In this document: one piece after another, positions 29,001 through 38,686 of the stretch
How the letters are laid out: the number at the start of each line of letters is the position of its first letter
How positions within the stretch are numbered: position 1 is the first letter of the stretch
Assembly: GCA_963841435.1 (NCBI GenBank)
Contig: CAWJCS010000005.1
Location: 384,001 to 448,000, forward strand
Origin: an uncultured delta proteobacterium
GTDB taxonomy: Bacteria > Myxococcota_A > Polyangia > Polyangiales > Polyangiaceae
Reading direction: 5' to 3'
Length of the DNA stretch: 64,000 nucleotides
Position numbers and translations under genes: made by a program
The notes under the pieces: model-generated
Seen by the model: the letters and a program-made list of their open reading frames with translations, nothing else
What the model was told of the DNA's origin: nothing
Database searches by the model: none

Positions 29001-29686
29001 GGTGCCGACGAAGAGCACGGGCGGCGGCTCCGGCGGGCTGAGCAAGTCGATCAGCAGCCGTACGCTGTCGTTGTCGGTCCACTGCAGGTCGTCGACGAAC
29101 AACACCACTCGTACCCGGTCCGCCATCCGCGAGAGGATCTGGCGCAGGGCTCCGAACGCCCGGCGCCGTAGCTCGTTGGGATCCGCGGTGGCGTCGGGGC
29201 GACCGGGGGAGCGCGCCACGACGTTGACTCGCGTGAGAACGGGGAAGATGCGGGTCAGCTCGTGAATTTCGCGCGGCACGAGCAGCGCTGCATCCGCGGG
29301 CGGCAGCTGTCCGAGATAGCGGGTCAGCGCATCGATCGCGCCGTCCAGCGCCTTGTAGGGCACTGACTCGCGCTCGTAGCAGCGGCCGGCGAGCACGACC
29401 GCCCCCCGAGCGCGAGCGTCTTCGGTAAACCGTTCCACGAGCGCCGTCTTGCCCATGCCCGACGCACCTTGAACGAACACGAGTCGAGGCTTCCCTTCGA
29501 GCTCCTCCAGCGCATCCCGCAGGCTCTGGAGCTCGTCCCCACGACCGACGAACGCCACGTCGCCCAGCGACGGCGAGGCCGGGTGACCGCCGACGGAGGG
29601 TGGGCGGTCACCGAGGCACCGGAGAATCTCGTCCCCACCCGGCCGGTCCGCAGGCGCGCGGCAGAGCAGCCGCATGCAGAGCTCGG
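28995..29686 (-). pseudogene. Internal fragment of a Ser/Thr kinase-AAA ATPase fusion
   Basis: Kinase tail (LCMRLL..PADRP) then FVGR..EL, Walker A GASGMGKT, GRCYERESVPYKALD, Walker B DDLQWTD, LFVGTYR; both ends are missing. Confidence 0.75.
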
Positions 29687-29713
29687 TTCAGCGAGAAGGC
29701 GAGCGCCCCGGGT

Positions 29714-30748
29714 CTACGAGCGCGAGGTCCCCTCGACTTCGAGGATCAGATCGGGCCCATACGCCTTGGCGGGTGTTTGGAATCCGACCGGAGCATCGCC
29801 GCGTGCGGCTCGCTCTGCGACCATCAGCGCGGTGGTGACCGTCACCTGATAGCCCTCCGGCGTTCGGAGGTGAGCTTCGACGGTTTCGCCCCGGTCGTTT
29901 TCGACCTTGCCCCACAGGCGCGTCTCACCGGTCGTGCGCGTCGCCTCGTCGGGTCCCCCCTCGGGCACGCGGCTCTCGAGGAAGCGTTGCATGGGCGCTG
30001 TGCGAAGAAGGCCTCCGAGGTATCGACTCACCTTCAGGAAGCGCCGGAGACCGGACGGAGCCGCCGCGAAGACTTCGATGTTCCCGATGCCCGTGCTGTA
30101 GAAGGCCGTCGATACGTCGCCCCATGGGATCGTCACGCACGTGCGTATCAGCCCTTCGAAATCGACGTCCATCGTCTTCCACGCGGCGGGTACGCTGACG
30201 ATCTTCCCGTCCCTGCGGACCGCCCCGGTGCCGAGGTGCTCGATCGACGTGACGGTCGTACCGTGCGAGAGCTTGCTCGAGCCCGCAAAGGCCAGGGTCA
30301 GCCGCGTCGCATCATCGAGCCGCCGGGCCAGATGAACGGCGAGGCAATCGGTCGGAACCACGTCGAACCCGACGCCGGGCATGAGCATGACCCCAGCCGC
30401 CTGTGCGGCCTCGCTCCGAGCGGCCAACGCTTCGAACACTCCAATCTCTCCGGTGATGTCCAAGTAGTGGGTCTTGGTGCGCAGGCAGGCATCGACCATC
30501 GGTGCCGCAGTCCGGGAGAAAGGCCCGGCGCAGTGCAGCACCACATCCACACCCTCGAGTGCTTCAACGAGCTTCTTCTCGTCGTCGAGTGCGACGATCC
30601 GCTGCGAGCAGCCGAGACGCTCGGCGAGCGGCTGGATCTTCGCCCGCGAGCGCCCAGCCAGGATCGGCCTCGCGCCTCGCGCCACCGCACGCTCGGCAAT
30701 GAGCGCGCCGGTGTATCCGGCGGCGCCGTAGACGAGGACGTTGTCCAT
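29714..30748 (-). CDS. Saccharopine dehydrogenase-like / trans-acting enoyl reductase family NADP-binding protein
   Basis: VYGAAGYTG, HCAGPFS, HYLDITGE, GVGFDVVPTDCLA, IPWGDVSTAFYSTG. Confidence 0.92.
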   Translation of the reverse strand: MDNVLVYGAAGYTGALIAERAVARGARPILAGRSRAKIQPLAERLGCSQRIVALDDEKKLVEALEGVDVVLHCAGPFSRTAAPMVDACLRTKTHYLDITGEIGVFEALAARSEAAQAAGVMLMPGVGFDVVPTDCLAVHLARRLDDATRLTLAFAGSSKLSHGTTVTSIEHLGTGAVRRDGKIVSVPAAWKTMDVDFEGLIRTCVTIPWGDVSTAFYSTGIGNIEVFAAAPSGLRRFLKVSRYLGGLLRTAPMQRFLESRVPEGGPDEATRTTGETRLWGKVENDRGETVEAHLRTPEGYQVTVTTALMVAERAARGDAPVGFQTPAKAYGPDLILEVEGTSRS

Positions 30749-30822
30749 GGCGCTTCGCGAAGGAGGGTGCATGACAGCCGATTCGCAGGCTAGCGCAGGA
30801 GTCCCGCCCGCTCGAAGACCGA

Positions 30823-30862
30823 ATTCCGAAAACGCGTCACGCTATTCCGGAAACGCGTCACG
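30823..30862. promoter_or_regulatory. 19-bp direct repeat ATTCCGRAAACGCGTCACG x2 with 21-bp period in a divergent intergenic region
   Basis: Copies at 30823-30841 and 30844-30862 (1 mismatch); TTGACT at 30891 downstream. Confidence 0.55.
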
Positions 30863-30945
30863 AGCCTGTGGCGCTTCGTTCCCGCGCCTCTTGACTCGGT
30901 CCAGGCGATGTCAGTACGGATGAGCGAGGTGGGGTCGAGGTGTCC

Positions 30946-32244
30946 ATGGCTGGTCTAAGAAAAAATTCTCTTCTTCGGGGGCTTCCGCTCGCAGCGGCAA
31001 TGTTTCTTGCAGGCTGCGGTGACGAAGCCCCAAGTACTGACGGGAACGCGGCGGGGGAGAGCTCGACGATCGAGCGGCAGATCACGAGCGGGGTACCGAC
31101 GGAGATCAACTTCGCGCTGGCGCCGCACGCGCAATGTTTGGTGAAGGAAGCGCCGAGCGAGACCACCCCGGTACCGCTCTTCGCCGACGACACGGGCGTG
31201 GTGAGCTTTGATTATCTGGCCGAAGGCGACGCGGGCAGTCACCGCCAGCTCGAGCTGGAGTGCGAGGCCGACGGCGTCACGTTTGCGCGCACGCTGGACA
31301 TCGAGCTCACCGCGGAAGCCGTCGAGCCGGTGCGCGTGGTCGGGACCGTCAATGGGCGAATCCGCCCGGCGCTGCTTGCCCCCGACACACTTTCCGACGA
31401 CGAGCTCGTGGCGAAAGACTATCCCCCTCGTCCCGGACCGCTCAGCTCTCTGGAAGCACGGGAAGCCTGGACGAGACTGGTCACCACGCCCGCCGAGTTC
31501 ATCGAGCCGAGGCTTTCGGACGCAGGCCGACAGTTTGCAACGGCGCGGACCTCCTCCAACTGGAGCGGGTTCGTGTTCAGTAAGCCGGCCGGTACTTTCC
31601 GTCTCGTCATCGGGACGTTTACGGTCGTGCCCCTCCTTTCGACCGTCGCGGAATGCGCGACCATATCCAAAACCGAGGCGGCCTCGTGGGTTGGCATCGG
31701 CGGCTGGGGATCGAGCGATATCGTCCAGCTTGGTGTCGATGAGATGTCGAATTGCTGGTACAGCGGCACTCGCAGCGGATACTACTCGCGAGTCAACTCG
31801 TACCGGACTTGGATTGAGCTCCTTCCGAAGGAGCCTCAGTGGATCACGAGCTTCACGGTCAAGCCAGGCGATCAAATCATGACTGTGGCGTATGCTGGCG
31901 ATTCGGACCAGACCGTCAACACGGCGGGGCGCTACGGTTGGTTTCAATTCAACAATCTAACCCGCGGGACCTACACGAAGCTCTCGGTCTCGTTCCCCTC
32001 GGGCATATCCCTCACTGGCAATTCAGCCGAATGGGTCGTCGAGCGGCCCACCGTCGGTGGCCAGCTCAGTTGGCTTTCGCGCTACGGAACCCAGACGTTC
32101 ACCAATGCCTACGCCTACACGTCAACGGGCGTCCTCGCAGGAACCAGTGCCGACCCGGTGACGATGAAAGCGGGGAGCCGTGTGCTCTCCCAACCGTCCA
32201 TTTCGGGCAGCAATCTGAACGTAACCTGGAAAGCGTACCACTAG
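30946..32244 (+). CDS. G1-family glutamic endopeptidase lipoprotein
   Basis: Lipobox LAGC; propeptide with YPPRP; mature SSNWSGF, WVGIGG, IVQLG (catalytic Gln), TWIE, SAEWVVERP (catalytic Glu). Confidence 0.88.
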   Translation: MAGLRKNSLLRGLPLAAAMFLAGCGDEAPSTDGNAAGESSTIERQITSGVPTEINFALAPHAQCLVKEAPSETTPVPLFADDTGVVSFDYLAEGDAGSHRQLELECEADGVTFARTLDIELTAEAVEPVRVVGTVNGRIRPALLAPDTLSDDELVAKDYPPRPGPLSSLEAREAWTRLVTTPAEFIEPRLSDAGRQFATARTSSNWSGFVFSKPAGTFRLVIGTFTVVPLLSTVAECATISKTEAASWVGIGGWGSSDIVQLGVDEMSNCWYSGTRSGYYSRVNSYRTWIELLPKEPQWITSFTVKPGDQIMTVAYAGDSDQTVNTAGRYGWFQFNNLTRGTYTKLSVSFPSGISLTGNSAEWVVERPTVGGQLSWLSRYGTQTFTNAYAYTSTGVLAGTSADPVTMKAGSRVLSQPSISGSNLNVTWKAYH

Positions 32245-32370
32245 ATCGACGCCGCTATCTCGGCCGCCCCCCTGCACCCGGTAGGCGTGCAGCAGACAAT
32301 GCTTCACCGGCAGAGCGTCGAAGAGCAGATGGGCTACGGGTACCTCGACACGGAAGCGCCCTGAGCGAGC

Positions 32371-32625
32371 TCAGCTGGACGACCGACGAGTGAGCGCGTG
32401 ATAGCCGATCAATAGAACGACGGCGCCCAACAGGGACATCAAGAAGCCGGCCGACCTTCCGTCGCCGTAGAACCCGAGCCCTCGCCCGAGGAAGCCACCG
32501 ACGAAGGAACCGGCGACGCCGATGACGAGCGACGTCAGCCAGCCGCCCGACTCGCGTCCCGGCACGAGGAATCGAGCGATGGCGCCCACGACCAGACCGA
32601 AAAGCAGAAAATAGAGGAAATGCAT
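32371..32625 (-). CDS. GlsB/YeaQ/YmgE (transglycosylase-associated) small membrane protein
   Basis: [26 protein letters not shown]...[12 protein letters not shown]...[10 protein letters not shown]. Confidence 0.92.
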   Translation of the reverse strand: MHFLYFLLFGLVVGAIARFLVPGRESGGWLTSLVIGVAGSFVGGFLGRGLGFYGDGRSAGFLMSLLGAVVLLIGYHALTRRSSS

Positions 32626-32924
32626 GTGATGGTCCTGGGCGCCCTGGTCGGCGCGTCGCGGTTCGTCGGGTGTCGCCCAGTCGGCGACGCAACGACTCTT
32701 GAATGCGTTTGGAGCGTGCGACGAAGAAACACGCCTTCGCCCCAAGGCGCACGCGCACCCGCGCCGCACGGCGTGGTAAACACAACCTGCGCACGACGCG
32801 GCTCTTCCGCAAGGCCCAATTGAGAGCGCGCGCGACCGCGGGGTGCCCCTCCCCTGTTTTGGGCGTCTGGGCTCGCCGCGCACCCTCGCCGAACGGAGCG
32901 AACTCGCGGCGAGCCCCGCTCCGT

Positions 32925-35900
32925 TCAGGGCGATGCGGAGGGACTCGAGAGCAACAGCGGCGCTACGGCGAGCGCTTCGCGACGGAGCGCGATTCGCTTG
33001 GCTTGGTAAAAGAGCACGGGGTAGACGAGGAGCTCCATGACGAAGCTGGTCGCGAGACCACCGATCATGGGCGCGGCCAGGCGGCGCATGGTGTCGGCGC
33101 CGGCGCCCGTTCCCCAGAGTAGCGGGACGAGGCCGACGAACACCACCATCACGGTCATCATCTTGGGTCGAATGCGCTGAACCGCGCCGTCATGAATGGC
33201 GTGCCAGAGATCGCGCTCGTCGCGCATGCGTCCCTCGCGCTGGAAACGTGCGAAGCTTTGATCGAGATAGAGCAGCATGACGAGTCCCGTCTCCGCGTCG
33301 AGGCCCGCCAGGGCGATCACGCCCACCCAGACCGCCAGCGATAGATTGTAGCCAAGCAAGTAGAGGAGCCACGAGGCGCCGATCAGGCTGAAGGGGACCG
33401 CGAGCAGCACGATGCCCGACCCGCAGCCAGCTCCTGGTCGCCATGTAGAGCAGCACCAGAATGCTGACGGCGGCCAGCGGCACGGCAATCAGCAAACGCT
33501 TGCGCGCAGCTTCCATGTACTCGTATTGCCCGGACCAAACGATGGTGTACCCAGGAGGCAAGCGTCACCTTGGCCTGCAATCGCGCGCTGCGCGTTGGCG
33601 ACATAGGTGCCGACGTCGATCCCCGCGATGTCCACGTAGACCCAGCTCGTGGGGACCGCGTTCTCGCTCTTGACCATCGGCGGGCCCTTGTGGATCTCGA
33701 GGCTGGCGAGCTGGGCGAGCGGGATCTGCGCCCCGCTGGGAGTAGGGACCAGGGTCTGGCGGAGCGCGGCCAGGTTGTCGCGCAGCTCGTGCGGATAGCG
33801 GACGTTGATGGGATAGCGCTGCAACGCTTCGACCGTCTCGCTGATGTTCATGCCGCCCGTGGCGCTCATGATCACGTCCTGGACATCCCCGACGCTGAGC
33901 CCGTAGCGGGCGATCTCGTCGCGATCGATGTGGATGTCGAGGTAGTTACCGCCCACGCTCTTCTCCGGGAACGCGCTCACCGTGTACGGGCCCGTCCCGT
34001 TCGCCGTGCGCACGACCTGGGAGATGCGCTCGGCGAGCTCTGACAAGCGTCGCGAGAGTCGGGGCCGAGCACCTTGATGCCCACCGGCGTCTTGATGCCG
34101 GTCGAGAGCATGTCGATGCGCGTCTTGATGGGCATGGTCCAGGCGTTGGTCAGCCCGGGGATCTGCATGACCTCGTTCAGCCCCGGGACGTGCACGCCGC
34201 CCGGCAGGTTGTAGCCGTAGATCAGCTCGCTGACCGTGATGGGGCGCAGTATCTGGCCAGATCCGCCGGAACGGTGTCTGCAGTCCAGTCGGGCCAGACA
34301 GTCGTAGAAGCGCGACTCTGGCACCTGGCGCCACCGCGATCTTGTCCCGACGCAAACGAATCGTCGTCTCGAGCATGCTGGGCGGCGCCGGATCGGTCGC
34401 CGTTTCCGCGCGGCCCGCTTTGCCGAAGACGGTCTCGACCTCGGGGAATTGCTTGATGAGCGCGTCGGTCTGCTGCAAGAGCTCGCGAGCCTTGTCCACG
34501 CTGATGCCGGGATCGGTGGTCGGCATGTACAAGCAGGTCGCCTTCTTCCAGCGGCGGCATGAACTCGCTGCCCAGCTGACTGAACGGCCAAGCGGTCGAC
34601 GCGAGCAAGAGCACCATACTCGCCATCACGAGCAGCGGGTGCGCCATGGCGAACGAGAAGGCCGGACTGTAAGCTCGCTGCAAGAAGCGGCTCAGCGGGT
34701 GCTTCTCCTCGGCGTGAATGCGCTGGGGCAAGAGCACGATGGCGGAGAGGACCACCCAGCCGAGCACCAGCGCCACTCGGTAGGCCGACAAGTGAGGCAG
34801 CGGTATCAGCGCGAGCAGCAACGCAGGAGCGAAAATCCCGCCCACGTAAGCCAAGAGGCGACGCCGCGGGGAGACGCTCTCGGGGATCGTGCGCTCCGAG
34901 ACGAGATACACCATCAAGACCGGGATGATCGTCACGGCCAGCAGCGCGCCGAAGCCCACGGCGAAAGTCTTGGTGAAGGCAAGCGGCTTGAACAGCCGTC
35001 CCGACTGCTCGCCGAGCACGAAGATCGGCAGGAAAGAGACGGTGATGATGAGCAGGCTGAAGAACAGCGTGGGGCCGATCTCGGCAGCCGCCTCGGCGAT
35101 GACGTCGATGCGTGGCCGAGGTCGTCCGCCTTCCGCGACCCGCTGCGTGCTCGCGGTCGAGGTGCTTGTGCGCGTTCTCCACCATGATGATCGAGCTGTC
35201 CACCATCACGCCGATCGCGATCGCGATGCCGCCGAGGCTCATGATGTTGGCGTTGATGCCCAAGCAGCGTTCATGACCACCAGGCTGCCCAGCACGCCGA
35301 TCGGCAACACCAACACGGCGACGAGTGCGCTGCGGGCGTGCAGCAGGAACAGCAGGATGACCAGCGAGACGACGGCCATCTCCTCGATCAAGCGTGTGGG
35401 TGAGCGTGCTGACGGCCCGTTCGATCAGGTCGGAGCGATCGTACGCCACTTTCGATCGCCACACCGGGCGGGAGGCCCCGCTCCAGATCGCCGAGCTTTG
35501 CCCGCACGTTCTCGATCGTTTGCGCGCGCGTTCTCGCCGAAGCGCATGACGATGATGCCGCCCACCGTCTCCCCCTCGCCGTTCCAGTCGGCGACGCCGC
35601 GGCGGATATCCGGCCCGACGCGGACTTCGGCCACGTCGCTCAGGTAGATCGGCTTGCCCTCGGCGTTTGCGCCCAGAGAGACTTGCGCGAGCTCGCTCTA
35701 GCGCCTTTGCGCTGCGCGCCTCTTCGATGGTCTGACCCGCGCGCCGCGCCTCCGCGAGCTCCCGCGTCCGTGAGGCTGCCGAGGTAGCCCACGCCGCGCA
35801 CCATGTACTCGGTCTCGCTCATCTCGAGCAGGCGCCCGCCCACGTCGACGTTGGAGCGCTGGATCGCCAGCTTGATCTTGCTGAGCGGAATGTTCAGACC

Positions 35901-36764
35901 GAGCAGCTTCACCGGGTCGACCACGACCTGGTACTGCTTGACGAACCCACCGATGGGAGCGACCTCGCTCACCCCATCCACTGCCGTGAGCGCGTAACGC
36001 AGGTACCAGTCCTGCTGGCTGCGCAGGTCGGCGAGGTTCTGCTTGCTGTCCAGGAGCGGCTGCCCGTCGAGCGGGCATTTGTCGTAAGAATGCCCGATTT
36101 CCTCGGCCTCGAGCCGCGAGCGCACCTCGAGCGGGGCATCTTGTGGTGAGTAGTAGCGCTTGTTCTCTAGCGGGTCGCGGTACAGGTAACGCGCCGTTTC
36201 GAAGACGCGGTGATGCACGAGCCTGGGCTGCGCTTCCTCGGGGGCCGCGTCGGGTGAGGCGTACCAGCGATTTGTCCTGCGGGTCGTGCCACGCGCCGTC
36301 CGGATGGGACGCGCAGTACTTGCCGGTGACCAATGCATACTCGTAGACCCAGCCCACGCCCGTCGCGTCGGGACCGAGCTGCTGGGGCTGGCGCCCCGCG
36401 GCAGCTGGCCGGCGACGGCGCTGAGCTGCTCGAGCACGCGGCTCCGCGCCCAGTACAGATCGGTGCCGTCCTCGAAGATGATGTAGACGAAGCTCGTCCC
36501 GAACATGCTGTAGCCGCGCACCACCTTCGCGTAGGGCACCGCGAGCATGGCGGTCGTCAGCGGGTAGGTGACCTGGTCCTCGACGATCTGCGGCGCCTGC
36601 CCCGGGTACTCGGTGCGGATGACCACCTGCACGTCGGAAAGATCCGGGATGGCGTCCACGGTCAGGCGGTAGGTGCTCCAGACGCCCCCCGCGACGAGCA
36701 GCGACGTGAGCAGGATCACCAGTGCTCGATTGTGCGCGCACCAGCGGATGAGCCGGGCGATCAT
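32925..36764 (-). pseudogene. cusA: CusA-type heavy-metal RND permease, broken by at least 10 frameshifts (genuine decay or sequencing indels)
   Basis: [92 protein letters not shown] and RIRPKMMT are spread over several reading frames. Confidence 0.9.
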
Positions 36765-38686
36765 GGAGCGACCTGGAGCGGCCGTTGCCAATCCGAGCAA
36801 GTGGACATCGCCGTGCCGAAGTAGGGGTTCTTCACCACACCCGCCGGCTGGATCCAGACCGAGCCTTCCTTGCTATCGGCTGGGTACATCGGGCAATGCG
36901 CATCCTCGAGCTTCCGCGCGTAGGATTTGGGGATGCCCGTCAGGTGGACGAGCGAGGAGAGTGCGCTGCTCAGCTTCGCGAAGGCCGTTCTTGCCTCGGC
37001 CAGGGTGGGCGCCGCTGCCAGCGCTCGCCCGGCGTCTTTGACCTCGCTTGCCTGGGCGTGCTGGTGCCAGTAGTGCGGCTGATCGGTAGGCGGCATAGCC
37101 ACGAGCGCGTCGACGGCCTCCGTGAGCTTGCGTGCGGACACGCCGATGTCGGTCGTGGTGTCGCTCGCCAGCGCCTGACCGGCTGCGAGGTACGCGTCGA
37201 GGGCCACTCCGAGGGCGGTGTTCGCGGCATCCGGCAGGGTCAGCGCTGCGCCCTCGGCGGCGGGAGGCGTGGGCGCCGCCGCCTCGCCGACCGGCGCGCC
37301 CTTCATCATCTTGGCGAGGGCCTCGCGCATTCTGGCCTCGCTGTCGATCAGGAATTGGCCGCTGACGACCACCAGCTCTCCTGGCGCGAGCCCGTCCAGG
37401 ATCTCGACCTTGCCGTTCTCCGCCTCGGCACCCATGTGGACCAGCCGCGGCTCGAACCGGCCCTGCCCGCGCGCCACGAACGCGACTTGCCGCTCGCCCG
37501 TGTCGATGACCGCCGAACGCGGAGCGAGAGCGCGCTGCTCGGTGGCGGTGCCCTGGAACGTCACCGTTGCATACATGCCCGGCTTGAGCTTCAGGTCGGG
37601 ATTGGGAAACTCGAGGCGCACCTTGAGCTGGCGCGTGCGCTCGTCGAGAAACGGATACACGTAGATGACCGTGCCCTCGAGGGTCTGCCCTGGAAGGTAG
37701 GTGAGCGCCATCGTGGCCTTCTGCCCGACCTGGATCTGCCGGCTCTGGTACTCGTAAAGCGTCGCCATCACCCAAACGCGCGAGAGATCCGCGATGCGAT
37801 ACGCCGTCATGCCCGGCGAGACCTTCATCCCTTCCACCGCGTTCTTCTCGATGACCACGCCGCTTTGCGGGCTACTGATGGTGAGGTTCTTGAACGGTTT
37901 GCCGCGGGCCTCGAGCGCCGCGATCTGCTGGGGCCCGATGTCGAAAAGAGCCAACTTCGTGCGTGCCGGCTCGAGTAGCTCGTTCACGAGTGCGCTCGCG
38001 GCCCCGGCAGCCCCGCGCTGCGACGCTCGATACGCGAGCAAGTACTCGCCTTCCGCGGCGTAAAGCTCGGGCGAATAGAGCTCGAACAGGGGCTGCCCCC
38101 GCTTCACCGGAGCGCCCAGGTAGTCCACATGGAGCTTTTCGATCCAGCCCGAGACTTTCAGATTGACGTCGCCGAGTAGCGTCTCGTCATAGGTCACCGT
38201 GCCCACCGTGCGCATCGAACCAGTCTCGGACCCCGCGCTCACCTTCTCCACCCGCACCCCGATGTTCTGGGACACGACCGGATCGATCGTGACCTCGCCG
38301 GAGAACTTGGCTGGATCGAGGGGCACGAGCTTCATCCCGCAGATCGGGCAATCACCCGGCTTTGGCATGATCACCCAAGGGTGCATGCCGCACGTGAAGT
38401 ACTGCGTGGCACTCGAGCCTGGTTCGCCCGCATCCTTCGAACCCCGGAGCGCCGACCAAGCCTTGTGCCAACCGGCGCCCAGCGGCGGGCCGAGCAGCGC
38501 GCCAACGTAGAGCGTCAGCGCCAGGCCGGCGAGTATCACGACCAAGCGTTTCGTGCCCATCGAGTGAGGGATCGGCTGGCTCGGCTGCGGCTCGCTCGCG
38601 GCTGGCTCCTTCGGAGTCGTATCGCTCGGGCTCCCTTGGGCCGCGGGAGCCTGCGAGGTGCTCGGGTCGTCGGGCGTGTCACTCAT
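36761..38686 (-). CDS. cusB: CusB-type RND periplasmic adaptor with N-terminal heavy-metal-binding domain and C-terminal DUF3347-like domain
   Basis: YFTCGMHP..PGDCPICGMKL, GWIEKL, LYSPEL, LKPGMYA, SGQFLIDSE, HCPMY...W.Q....KNPYFG.AM.TC; ATGA overlap with cusA. Confidence 0.9.
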   Translation of the reverse strand: MSDTPDDPSTSQAPAAQGSPSDTTPKEPAASEPQPSQPIPHSMGTKRLVVILAGLALTLYVGALLGPPLGAGWHKAWSALRGSKDAGEPGSSATQYFTCGMHPWVIMPKPGDCPICGMKLVPLDPAKFSGEVTIDPVVSQNIGVRVEKVSAGSETGSMRTVGTVTYDETLLGDVNLKVSGWIEKLHVDYLGAPVKRGQPLFELYSPELYAAEGEYLLAYRASQRGAAGAASALVNELLEPARTKLALFDIGPQQIAALEARGKPFKNLTISSPQSGVVIEKNAVEGMKVSPGMTAYRIADLSRVWVMATLYEYQSRQIQVGQKATMALTYLPGQTLEGTVIYVYPFLDERTRQLKVRLEFPNPDLKLKPGMYATVTFQGTATEQRALAPRSAVIDTGERQVAFVARGQGRFEPRLVHMGAEAENGKVEILDGLAPGELVVVSGQFLIDSEARMREALAKMMKGAPVGEAAAPTPPAAEGAALTLPDAANTALGVALDAYLAAGQALASDTTTDIGVSARKLTEAVDALVAMPPTDQPHYWHQHAQASEVKDAGRALAAAPTLAEARTAFAKLSSALSSLVHLTGIPKSYARKLEDAHCPMYPADSKEGSVWIQPAGVVKNPYFGTAMSTCSDWQRPLQVAP

